Source: an uncultured Actinomycetes bacterium
GTDB lineage: Bacteria; Actinomycetota; UBA4738; HRBIN12
Length of the DNA: 64,000 nucleotides
Direction: 5' to 3'
NCBI GenBank assembly: GCA_963758715.1
Contig: CAVWWK010000008.1
Coordinates: forward strand, 92,294 to 156,293
Shown piece by piece: positions 10,137-21,200 of this stretch. The notes under the pieces are model-generated. The model saw only the letters and a program-made list of their open reading frames with translations. It was not told the DNA's origin and made no database searches. The position numbers and the translations under genes were made by a program. How positions within the stretch are numbered: position 1 is the first letter of the stretch; each line of letters begins with the position of its first letter.

Positions 10137-10640
10137 TCACGACGGGCGTCGGGGCGCGTGCGTCCGCCAGTCGTACACCACCGAGGTCCCGAACAGCAGG
10201 TCCTGTATCGAGGCGTTGCGCCTGCTGACCCCCGCCCAGAAGAGCCCCAGGGGGAACGCGACGCATGCCAGGGCTCGCAGGAACGCTCGTCCGAGATGAA
10301 CGCGAGCCCCGTCGGGCCCCAGGAGCCGGAGTCCCATGATCCGCATGCCCACGGAACGGCCGATCCCCGTCCAGGCCACGGTGAGCGCGACCACCGCCAC
10401 CGCGTACGCCACGTACACGAACATGGCGAACGAGACCTGTGGCCACGAGAAGTCGGCGGGGCGGCGCAGGAACCGAACCGCGGCGTACCCGACATAGACG
10501 ACTGCCAGCAGCGCGGCGATGTACGCGGCGTCGATCACCATCGTCGCGGTGCGCGACACCACGCCCGCGCGCAACCCCTGCTGCTCGGTCGCCGATACGG
10601 GGTAGACATGAGACGGAGCGGCGGATTCGGCGCGGGCCAC
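10137..10640 (-). CDS. RDD family membrane protein
   Basis: R..A..ID, GRSVGMRIMGLR, SIQD....T.VV; two hydrophobic segments. Confidence 0.85.
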   Translation of the reverse strand: MARAESAAPSHVYPVSATEQQGLRAGVVSRTATMVIDAAYIAALLAVVYVGYAAVRFLRRPADFSWPQVSFAMFVYVAYAVAVVALTVAWTGIGRSVGMRIMGLRLLGPDGARVHLGRAFLRALACVAFPLGLFWAGVSRRNASIQDLLFGTSVVYDWRTHAPRRPS

Positions 10641-10641
10641 G

Positions 10642-11749
10642 TCAGTCCTCCTCGCTGTGGGGAGGCGCGAGGTCGCGAGCCTCCCGTCGCAGCATCCGGT
10701 CGACGATGCGGGACACGAGGCGGTCGGCGTTCATCCCCTGGACGCGAACGGTCTGCACCGTCTCGCTCGCCATCGCGCCCGAGGACTCCCGGATCGATCG
10801 CGGGCAGGTCGATCTCGTCCATGACGTCCTTCGTGATCTCCGTGAGGTCGAGGCGGTCCACTACGGCGCGCACGTCGACGCGTTCGACCACCTCGTTCAC
10901 GTCCACGCGATCCAGCACGGTGTCGATGGGAAGCGTGTCTACGACGTGCTCCATGTCGACCCGGTCCACCACCTGGTTCACGTCTACCTTCGCGACGATG
11001 GCATCGACGTCGATCTTCTCGACCACCGCGCCGACGTCGATGCGATCCACGATCCGGTCGAGGTCGACGTCCTCCACGATCGCGTTCACATCGACCCGTT
11101 CGCGCACGATCTTGTTCAGATCGATCTGGTCGAGGATCGCCTCGGTGATCTCGGGGATCAGCGCCGTCAGGAACGCTCCCGCCGCGCCGGCGGTTTCGGA
11201 CTGCGCCGCCTTCCACTGACCGTCCAGTATCCGTGTCGCGCCGGCAGCCGCCTCTCCCGCTCCTCGCAGGAACTCGGGATTGGAGGCCCACGACAGCACG
11301 GGTCCCACGGCGTCGGCCGCCGAGGTCGCGGCGCTGGCGGCGGCCTCCGCCGCCGTGACGGCGGCTCCCAGCCCGGCCCCGGCCATTGTCGCCGCCGGAT
11401 CCTTCGCGTCGTCCTCGCCCGTCTCGGGCATCGAGCTTCGGAGCGCGTCCGCGACCGCGGAGGCTCCGGCCGAGAACAGTCCCGCGCCGACCCGGACCCC
11501 CTGTTCCATCAGGCTCGTCAGCCCGGCCCCGGGAACCGGAGGCCCGGTTTCCTCGTCGGGAGCGGCCTCGGCGTCGGCCGCCACGGCTTCCTCCCAGCTC
11601 ATGTCCTCTTCATCGATGTCCTCGTCGACGGCCTCTTTCTCCGAGCCGGGAGGTTCCTCCGATGCCTGCGTGGACGGCAGGTGCACGACGTTGTCGGGCT
11701 GATCCGGGCCTTCCCCGGAGCCGGATCCGCCGATCGGGATGCGATCCAT
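10642..11749 (-). CDS. Hypothetical protein with 9-residue D-V-x-x-V-V repeats (frameshift near 10795)
   Basis: About 12 repeats such as VDVNAIVE.VDLDRIVD; shifted frame continues IRESSGAMASETV to a stop at 10642. Confidence 0.75.
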
Positions 11750-11820
11750 GCGCCCATCATGGACCCGATGGACCGGCGCTGCCCACCCGGCGCGAAGCGA
11801 CCCGGGGTCGCGCGGCGCTC

Positions 11821-11872
11821 ATGACACGCGCGACCGCGGTCGTAGGATGGATGCGGTAGCCGGTGAAAGGAG
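11821..11872 (+). promoter_or_regulatory. Candidate promoter and SD of the fdh operon
   Basis: ATGACA 11821-11826, 16 bp, TAGGAT 11843-11848, AAGGAG 11867-11872. Confidence 0.45.
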
Positions 11873-11879
11873 CCACTCG

Positions 11880-13830
11880 ATGCAGAACGGGCTCATGCGA
11901 CTCACCGAGCCGATGGTCCGCGACAACGGCGAACTGCGCGTCGCCACCTGGGAGGAAGCGCTCGATCGGGCCGCCCAGGGACTGCGCGCCGCCACGCAGC
12001 GGAACGGCGGCAACGGGGTCGGCCTGTTCAGCTGCAGCAAGGCCACGAACGAGATGAACTTCGTCGCACAGAAGTTCGCTCGTCAGGTCCTGTTGAGCAA
12101 CAACATCGATTCGTGTAACCGCACCTGACACGCTCCGTCGGTGGTCGGTCTGGCCACGGTGTTCGGAGCGGGGGGCGGCACCAGTTCATACGAGGAGATC
12201 GAGCACACCGATCTCATCCTGTTGTGGGGATCGAACGCGCGAGCGGCGCATCCGATCTTCTTCCATCACGCCCTCAAGGGGATCCACAACGGCGCCCAGA
12301 TGGTCGTGGTCGACCCGCGCCGCACTGAGTCGGCGGAGTGGGGCGACCTGTGGCTCGGCCTCGACGTGGGAAGCGACATCGCCCTCTCGAACTCGATCGC
12401 ACGCGAGATCATCGTCAACGACCTGCAGCACCACACCTTCATCGAGCACGCGACCGTGGGCTTCGACGAGTACCGGGACTCGGTCATGGATTGGACGCTG
12501 GAGCGCGGGGAGGAGGTTACCGGCGTGCCCGCCGAGATCATCGGCGAGGTGGCCCACGCCTACGCGAAGGCCGACCGGGCGATGATCTGCTGGACCCTCG
12601 GCATCACCGAGCACCACAACGCGGTCGACAACGTGCTCTCACTCATCAATCTGTCCCTGCTCACCGGCCACGTCGGCGTCTACGGCAGCGGCGTGAACCC
12701 GCTCCGAGGCCAGAACAACGTGCAGGGCGGCGGAGACATGGGCGCGATCCCCAACAAGCTGCCCGGCTTCCAGGACATCGAGACGGACGCCGAGGCACGC
12801 GCGAGGTTCGAGGCCGCGTGGGGGGTGCCGATCACACCAAAGTACGGCTGGACGCTGACGCAGATGTTCGAGGCGATGGAGCGCGGGGAGCTGACCGCCG
12901 CGTACGTGATCGGTGAGAACCCCGCCTCGAGCGAGGCCGACAAGGTCCACACCGAGGAGCTGTTGACCGATCTCGAATGCCTGATCGTCCAGGACCTGTT
13001 CATGACGCGCACGGCTGAGCTCGCCGACGTCGTGTTCCCGGCGTCCAACGCCGCGTTCGAGTCCGAAGGAACCGTGACCAACAGCGAACGTCGCGTGCAG
13101 CGTGTGCGCGCGGCTCTCGAGCCTCCCGGCGAGGCGAAGGACGACATCTGGATCATCGCCCAGCTCGCGAACCGCCTCGGAGCGCGCTGGGGCGACGTGA
13201 CACCCCTCGAGGCGTGGGAGGAGCTCCGCTCGCTGAGCCCGATGCACGCCGGCATGAGCTGGCAGCGGCTGGAGGAGCTCGGCGGCCTCCAGTGGCCGTG
13301 CCCGGACGAGGACCATCCCGGCACGCAGTTCCTGCACGCCCGACTCTGGGCTCGACTCACCCGAGGAGCAGGGCCGGAAGGCGCCGTTCTCGATCGTGAT
13401 CGACGATCCTCCCGTGGACGAGCTCTCCGAGGACTTCCCGCTCCGCCTCACGACGGGCCGGCGGCTCGACTCCTACAACACCGGCGTGCAGACCGGCGGG
13501 TACACGTCGCCGCTGCGCCGAGGGGAGACGATCGATGTCTCGCCCGAGGATGCCGAGCGGATGGACCTGGCCGAGGACGAATGCGTCGTGGTGTCCAGCC
13601 GCCGCGGCTCCGTGGAGGTCCCGGTGCACATCGACCGCGCGCTGCGTCCCGGGCTGGTGTTCATGACCTTCCACTTCCCCGACCAGGTGGACACGAACGT
13701 GCTCACGATCGAGGCGACCGATCCGAAGTCCGGCACCGCGGAGTTCAAGGCCTCGGCGGTCCGGATCGACAAGATGCCCGAACCCGCAACGGTCTCGGGC
13801 TGCGACCGGGGAGTAGCATCCCGGCCGTGA
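11880..13830 (+). CDS. Mo/W-bisPGD formate dehydrogenase catalytic subunit, selenocysteine at UGA 12126-12128 (frameshift near 13360)
   Basis: NNIDSCNRT-UGA-HAPSVVGL in one frame, RGQNNVQG, GTVTNSERRVQ, LTTGRRL, AEFKASAV. Confidence 0.92.
12129..12159 (+). promoter_or_regulatory. Putative bacterial SECIS element
   Basis: Stem GTGGTC 12141-12146 / GGCCAC 12152-12157 with GGTCT loop just downstream of the in-frame UGA. Confidence 0.65.
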
Positions 13831-13870
13831 CCGTTCCCGCCCGCACACCGCCTCGCCCGACGGAGGTGCC

Positions 13871-15761
13871 GTGGACCTGCATCTGATGCTCGCGTCGCCC
13901 TCCGACGAGGAGCGCGAGGCGGTCGACGACCTGCTCGGCGATCCCACTAGCGGCTGGCACGGCGCGGAGCGCGACGAGACGACCCACCGTGTCGCCCGGG
14001 GCGGCAGGGCCGCTCGGGATCGAGCGCGACCTGTTGTTGCCGGCGTTGCACGCCCTGCAGTCCCGTGCGGGATGGATCAGTCAGGGCGGGCTCAACTACG
14101 TGAGCGAGCGGCTCACGGTACCGCCCGCCGAGGCCTACGGCGTCGCGACGTTCTACGCGATGTTCAGCGTCCAGCCGCGGGCCCGAACGGTGAGTGCACG
14201 CGTGCGATGACCTCGCGTGCCGGATCGCGGGCGGCTTGCAGGTCTGCGAGGCCCTCGAAGCCGCGTTCGGCGCGCCGGGAGCCGAGGACGGATCGAGGGA
14301 ACCGGGGCGACCTGGGTCCGTAGCCCCTGCTTGGGCATGTGCGAGCGAGCCCCGGCCGCTCCTGGTGCAGGCCTCGGGGCGGGACGCGCGCGACGCCGCG
14401 TTCGGTCACGTCGATCCTCGCCAGGTGTCCCACCTGGTTGACCGAGACCCAGGCAGGCACCGAGTTCTCGCGCCCCACCGATCCGACGGCGGCATCGGCG
14501 CCGCAGACGTGGGACGAGCCGAGCCGGGCGTCGCTTCGGCTTCTCGGCCGTGTCGGCGTCGCGGACCCGGCCTCGATCGACGACTACCGCGCCCACCATG
14601 GCTATGAGGCGCTGCGCCGCGCGCTCGAGCTAGGCCCCCAGGAGACGCTCCGCGAGATCACCGACGCCAAGCTGCTAGGTCGCGGCGGCGCCGCGTTCCC
14701 CACCGGCGTCAAGTGGAAGGCGGTAGCCGAGCAACCGGAGCACCCCCACTATTTCGTCTGCAACGCCGACGAATCCGAACCGGGCACCTTCAAGGACCGA
14801 GTCGTCATGGAGCAGGATCCCTACGCGGTGGTCGAGGCGCTCACGATCGCCGGCGTCACGACCGGGTGCGCGAAGGGGTACCTGTACATCCGCGGGGAGT
14901 ACCCGCTCTCGACCGAGCGAATGAGCACGCGATCGCGGAGGCGCGGCGGCACGGGTTCCTGGGCGAGGACGTCATGGGCCACGGTGTCGACTTCGACATC
15001 GAGCGTGCGCCGTGGTGCGGGCGCCTACATCTGCGGCGAGGAGACGGCTCTGTTCAACTCGCTCGAGGGCAAGCGCGGTGAGCCCCGCAACAAGCCGCCG
15101 TTCCCGGTGCAGCGGGGGCTGTTCGGCAAGCCAACCGGCATCAACAACGTGGAGACGCTGATCAACGTCCTCGAGGTCCTGCGGATCGGCAGTCAGGCAT
15201 ATGCGGCGCTGGGCACCGAAGGTTCGACGGGGCCACGACTGTTCTGCGTATCGGGGTCGGTGGAGCGACCGGGCGTGTACGAGGCCGACCACGGGGTCAC
15301 GCTGGGTGAGGTGATCGGCGCTGGCGGGCGGCGTCGGGGGCGAGCTGAAGACGGTACTGCTGGGTGGTGCCGCCGGCGGCTTCGTAGGCCCCGACCGCCT
15401 CGATATCGCGCTCACCTTCGAGGACGCGAGGGCCGGCGGCTACACGCTGGGCTCCGGCGTGGTCATGGCCATGAACGCCACCGTCGACCTGGCCGACGCG
15501 TGCCTGCGGATCGCGCGGTTCTTCCGGGACGAGTCGTGCGGCCAGTGCGTGCCGTGCCGCGTCGGCACCGTCCGCCAGGAAGAGGCGCTCCATCGCCTCG
15601 TGCAGGGCCGCACGCTCGGCTCGCACGCGCGACGAGCTGCGCCTGCTCGAGGACGTGGCCCAGGTCATGCGCGACGCGTCGATCTGGGCCTCGGCCAGAC
15701 CGCCGCGAGCGCGGTGCAGTCCGCGATCACCTCGCTCGGTGTCTTCGGGGAAGGTCCGTAG
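13871..15761 (+). CDS. NuoE/NuoF-like fused diaphorase subunit (FdsG/FdsB-like), several frameshifts
   Basis: LLPALHALQ, YGVATFY, CLGMC, GRGGAAFPTG, CNADESEPGTFKDR, GAGAYICGEET, ESCGQCVPCR. Confidence 0.88.
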
Positions 15762-15763
15762 CG

Positions 15764-16762
15764 ATGTCCGCGATGTCGCAACCCGTGCCGCTCGAGCCGC
15801 CTCGCCGCCTGTTCACCGTCGAGGTCGACGGCGAGGGGGTCCGGGTGCCCGAGGGCGCCACGATCCTCGACGCCTGCCGCTCCCAGGGGATCGACACGCC
15901 CACGCTCTGCTACGCCGACAACCTCACGCCGATCAACGCGTGCCGGGTGTGCGTCGTCGAGGTCGAGGGCTCCAGGACCCTGGTGCCCGCGTGCAGCCGC
16001 AAGGCCGAGGACGGCATGAAGGTCTCCACCGACACCGAACGCGTCCATCATTCGCGCAAGCTGGTGATGGAGCTCCTCGCGTCGAGCGTGGAGATGGACC
16101 TCACGAGCACCGACGTGCACCGCTGGATGGCCGAGTACGAGACGGATCCGGAGCGGTTCGGCGCGGTGATGCCCGAGCTCCCGGCGGGGGAGCGGGACGA
16201 GCGTGAGCCCGGTCACCATCACGACCCCGTCGACCCCGCCGTCGCCGAGAGCGTGTCCCAGCCGGTCAAGATCGACAACGAGCTGTACGTGCGCGACTAC
16301 TCGCGTTGCATCCTCTGCTACAAGTGCGTCGAGGCGTGCGGTGTCGACGCGCAGAACACCTTCGCGATCGCGGTGGCCGGGCGCGGGTTCGACGCACGGA
16401 TCTCCACCGAGTACGCGGTGGGGCTCGATGAGAGCGCATGCGTCTACTGCGGGAACTGCATCGGCGTCTGTCCCACCGGCGCGTTGATGTTCACCTCCGA
16501 GCACGAGATGCGCGAGGCCGGCACCTGGGACGAGGACGAGCAGTCCGTCACGAGCACGATCTGCCCGTACTGCGGCGTCGGGTGCCAGCTCGACCTGCAC
16601 GTGCAGGACAACGAGATCGTGAAGGTCACGAGCCCGGCGGACAACGCCGTGACGAACGGTCACCTGTGCATCAAGGGGCGGTTCGGGTTCCAGTACGTCC
16701 AGGCACGCAAGGGCGATGACCCGGCCAGGAAGAGCCGCTCTCGCCGCGAGGCGCGTGACTAG
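15764..16762 (+). CDS. Fe-S subunit corresponding to the N-terminal part of FdsA/NuoG
   Basis: PTLC..ACRVC..PAC (2Fe-2S), CILCYKC, CVYCGNC..CP, TICPYCGVGC..LCIKG. Confidence 0.9.
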   Translation: MSAMSQPVPLEPPRRLFTVEVDGEGVRVPEGATILDACRSQGIDTPTLCYADNLTPINACRVCVVEVEGSRTLVPACSRKAEDGMKVSTDTERVHHSRKLVMELLASSVEMDLTSTDVHRWMAEYETDPERFGAVMPELPAGERDEREPGHHHDPVDPAVAESVSQPVKIDNELYVRDYSRCILCYKCVEACGVDAQNTFAIAVAGRGFDARISTEYAVGLDESACVYCGNCIGVCPTGALMFTSEHEMREAGTWDEDEQSVTSTICPYCGVGCQLDLHVQDNEIVKVTSPADNAVTNGHLCIKGRFGFQYVQARKGDDPARKSRSRREARD

Positions 16763-17374
16763 TCCACCCGAGACTACCGCTGGCGCGACCGGCATCGTCC
16801 TTGCCGGAGGGCGCTCGTCCCGGTTCGGATCGGACAAGCTCGCGGCGACGCTCCGGGGGATGCCGTTGCTCCACCACGCGGTCCTGCGCCTCGTAGAGGT
16901 GACCCGCGAGGTCGTGGTCGTGTTGGCGCCCGGCGCAGCCGAGCCGGCGCTTCCTCCGGGGTTGCCGGTGCGGTTCGTGCGCGACGCATCGGGCGACCAG
17001 GGACCGCTCGAGGGAACGCTCGCCGGCCTGAACGCGGCCGAGACCGACCTGGCCGTGGTGGTGGGGGGCGACATGCCCGAGCTGGCGACCGCGGTCGTGA
17101 TCGAGATGCTTCGCGTCGCGGCGGAGGCGCCGTGGGGGCCGTGTCCCTGCAGGACGGGGATCGACCGCGCCCGCTGCCGCTGGTCGTACGGGTCGAACCC
17201 GCCCGCGAGGCCGCGCACGCGCTGCGACACGCCGGCGAGCGCCGTCTTCGCGCCTTGCCAGAGGCGCTGCGCACCGCCGTGATCGACGAAGCGACATGGC
17301 ATCGGCTCGACCCCGCGCGAACCACGCTGCGCGACATCGACGAGCCCGGCGATCTCGATCAGCACGAGCCCTAG
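16755..17374 (+). CDS. mobA: Molybdenum cofactor guanylyltransferase (frameshift near 17135)
   Basis: IVLAGGRSSRFGSDK, GPLEG, GDMP, DIDEPGDL. Confidence 0.88.
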
Positions 17375-17383
17375 ACTCGCACG

Positions 17384-18216
17384 ATGGAACACGGCGAGCC
17401 GCTGCGGGTCGGGGAGGTCGAGGTCTCGGTCGTCTGCCAGGGATGGGCGCCGCTGCCTCTGGCGGAGGAGTGTCCCGGACAGGACGTCGACTGGTCGGGG
17501 CGAACGGGAGCTTCACCCGTGGATGTTCGCCGGCGCCGCCACCTGGCAGTGGCACGTGCACGGATTCGTCGTCCGGACGCCGTCGGGCGTGACCATGGTC
17601 GATACGGGCCTCGGCGAGGCGCCCCCCTACGCTCCCTGGCCGCCGGGGCAGGGCAGGCCCGCGGACGAGGCCTACGCCGAGGCCGGCGTCGACCCTTCGG
17701 AGGTCACGACGGTCGTGCTGACGCACATGCATCCCGACCACACGGGCGGGGTCGGCGGGCCCGACGGCGAGCCGCGGTTCGCCAACGCCCGCCACGTGCT
17801 GCATCCGGCGGACTGGGAGTTCCTGCATCGTGACGACCTGGACGACTACTCCGCGTTGGCCCGCCCTTGGCTCGATCGCGCCCACGATCTTGGGATGTTG
17901 GACCTCGATCCCGATGACCGCCAGGTCGCCCCGGGGATGCGCGTGGTGCACAGCCCCGGACATACGCCCGGACATCGGAGCGCCCTCCTGGACGCGGGCG
18001 AGACCACCGTCCTGCTGACCGGCGACCTGCTGCACCTGCCGATCCAGGTCGCGAACCCGTCGTGGCTCTCGAGCCACGACGAAGACCCCGAGGGAGGGCG
18101 CGCGTTCGAGGACCGCGCTGCTCGAGCGGGGAACCGATGAGGGCTGGGCGATCGCCGTGCCGCACTTCACCCGGTCGTTCGGCGGTGTGGGCGCGAACGG
18201 CTGGAAGGAGCGCTAG
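17384..18216 (+). CDS. Metallo-beta-lactamase fold hydrolase (frameshifted)
   Basis: THMHPDH, PGHTPGH, GDLLH. Confidence 0.85.
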
Positions 18217-21200
18217 CCGCGCTCGTTCGTGGCTCGGAGCTCACGCTGGAGATCCTCGCCGAGCGAGAAGGCATCGTCGAGGCTAAGCGTGCCGGTCGAA
18301 GCCGGCAGATCGGGGAGCTCGCGGAGCGGAGTAGGCTCGGGCACGTCGCTCTCGCCCAACACCACGAGTCGTCGGCGGTGCTCGGGCGTCGGCATCTGGA
18401 TGAAGGCCTCGCGCAGCAGATGCCGAGCGGCCTCGGTCCGCGAGCGATCCGCGGGATCGATCGACCAGGCGGCGTGTGCGGCCGCGGCTCGATGTGCGAC
18501 GGGGTCGCCGGGGACGACCGAGGAGTCGATCGCCTCGAGCGCGGCGCGACGATCGATGGCTCCCACCTCGAACCACAGGCGGGTCGTGAGGATCTGACTC
18601 CGCCAGCGAACGTCACCGAACCCTGCATCGAGCGCCTCCGCTCCGGCGGCCTCGGCGAGCGTGAGCGCGTCGTCGGCCTTCCCCCGCCGGGCGTGGATCT
18701 CGGCGCGCTCGAGCCGGAAGAGGCAGGTCGTGTAGGCATCGCCGATCGCATCGAGCAGGGCGGTCACGAGATCGAGGAAGCGGTCGACGGAAACCCAGCG
18801 ACCACGGTCGGCTTCGATGAGCACGATGTTGATGAAGCGCGTCGCGATGTCCGCCCAGTCCCGGAGCGGGACCATCAGCTCCAGCGCGCGTAACGTGCAT
18901 CGGAGGGCGAGCTCCAGCTGTCCGTGCATGCGGTAGAGTTCGCCCGCGTTCCCGATGAGTGCTCCTTCGAGGTGGCGGTACCCGACGCGGCTGGCTTCCT
19001 CCAGTGCCTCACGCACATGGCCGAGCGCGCCACCCAGGTCGCCGAGCTCCATCCGCATCTGCGCCAAGCCGTTGAGTGCATGGGTCAGCCCTCGGACGTC
19101 GTCGATCTCGCGCGCGATCTCCACCGCCTCCAGGTAGGCGGACTCCGCTTCCGGTAGCGACCCCCTGGATGCGTGCACCAAGGCGATGCTTCCTATCGCC
19201 ATGCCAAGTGCGCGGCGATTCCCCGCAGCCGACGCCCATCGACGAAGCGCGACCGCCGCCTCCATCGAGGCATCGAAGTCGGCGAGCTGCCAGGTTGCGA
19301 ACGCCAGGTACTCGAGCGGACGCTCCTGCAGGGCCGGGTCGCCGCTCCCCTCTGCGCGCCTCCGCGCGTCGACCAGCACGTCACGGGCATCGGCCGTCGA
19401 GCCGGTGTGCGCCAGCAGGTAGCCGATCCCCGCTCTGGCCAGTGCCGCCTCGCGTTCGTCGTGCGCGAGGTCCGCCGCCCGAATCGCCGAGCGGAACGAG
19501 GTTTCCGCGTTCGTCCATCGCCCGGCGTGCTGCTGAAGCTCGGCGAGCGTTCGCTGGGTGGTCGCCACCTCGGTGTCGGCGAGCAGGGGCAGGAGGCGCT
19601 CGTAGTAGCCGATGGCGGTCTCGGCCGCGTCCGACGCCTCCGCGGCCTCGGCAGCGCGCCGGAACCACGTCCGCTGACGATCGACATCGGCGCTCATCCC
19701 CACGTGGTAGGCGATGGCGTCGACGAACCTGTCGTCGTCCCCGAAGGTGTCCTCGAGGAACCGGCCGACCTCGTCATGGAACGAGCGTCGGCTGGCATCG
19801 CTCAACGTCGCGTACGCGGCCTCGTGCATGACGGCGTGGTGGAACTGATGCTCCGATTCCGGCAGACGTGCTGCGTCGTCCATGACCTCGATATCCGAGA
19901 GGTGGTCGAGGTGGGCGACGACCTCGGGTTCCGGCGCCGTCGTCGTGAAGCCCCGCCAGATCCACGAGTCCACGAACCGACGGCCGAGAACGCTCGCGAA
20001 CTTCACCGTGCTCTGTTCGGCCGCAGGCAGCGTGTCCAGCCTCGCGAGCACGAGCCTGTGGAGACCATCGGGTATCTCGGCCTCCGCCCGGCTGAGGGCG
20101 ACCGGGTCGCGTGGGTCCAGCGCCGGGCGATCCAGGAACCGCACGAGCTCCTCGAGGAAGAAAGGGTTGCCTTGTGCCCGTGGGAGCAGGGCCGCCGCCA
20201 ACTGCTCCGTCTCGTTCTCCGAGAGGCCGAGAACCGAGGCTGCGGTCCGATCGAGCAGGATGCGCATCGACGCCTCGCTGTGGACATGGAGATCGATGCG
20301 TTCAACGTCGCCGACATCCGCGAGGTCGATCCCGCCCCGCTCCTGAGGCCGTCGGGTCGCGATGAAGGACAGGGGCACGTCGCGGATGGCACGCGCCAGC
20401 GCCACCAAGAACTCGTGGGACGCCGGATCCATCCAGTGCATGTCCTCGATGACGATCAGGCGAGGCTCGGCGTGCGCGGCCGCGGTCAAAAGGTCGAGCA
20501 GCAGGGACGTGCGCAGCTGGGCGCGCAGCTCGGGGTCGAGCCCCGTGGTCGTCGGCGAATCGGGGATCTTGGTCCCCAGCACAGGCGCAAGCAGGGGCGC
20601 CAGCGACGACGCTCCCTCCCGCGAACGGGCCAATGTGTCGGAGAGCAGGGCGACGGTCTCGGACGGCGGAGTGTCGGCCGAGACCCCGACTACGGAACGG
20701 AGGATGCCGCGCCACGGCAGGAACGGCGTGCTGGATCCCGTGGGCGTGCAGACGCCGGCGTGGACCTTGGTCGGCGGTTCGGCGTGCCGCACGATCTCGG
20801 CCAAGAGCCGTGTCTTGCCTATCCCCGGCTCTCCGACGATGAGCCCGACCGACCCGTGTCCCCGTGCGGCGCGCGCGACCCACTCGAGACCAGTGGCGAG
20901 CTCGTGGTCCACCCCGACGATGGGCCGCTCGTCCACGGAGGCGAGGGGGTCATCGAGGTCGGCACGGTCTCCGACGAGCTCCTCGAGCGGCACGAGGCCG
21001 TCGCGTCCCTTGACGGTGATGCTCGGGCGTCCCCGAAGGTCGAACCCGCGATGGACGCGAGGCGAGGCTAGCCCGGTGGTCAGGATCACGCCCGGCTCAG
21101 CCCGTTGCATCAGCCGTGCGGCGATGTTTACCGTGTCTCCGATCGCCGTGTGCTCTCGCCGGACGTCCCCGCCGACCACCCCGGAGAAGACGACTCCTGC

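Noticed and set aside
10800-11140. 27-bp periodic GTCGAC-rich DNA as a CRISPR array
   Set aside because: Degenerate coding repeats of the nonad protein; no identical repeats, spacers or cas genes
14339-16762. 807-aa NuoF-ferredoxin fusion ORF
   Set aside because: The middle part is off-frame; the NuoF-like frame ends at 15761 and the Fe-S gene starts at 15764
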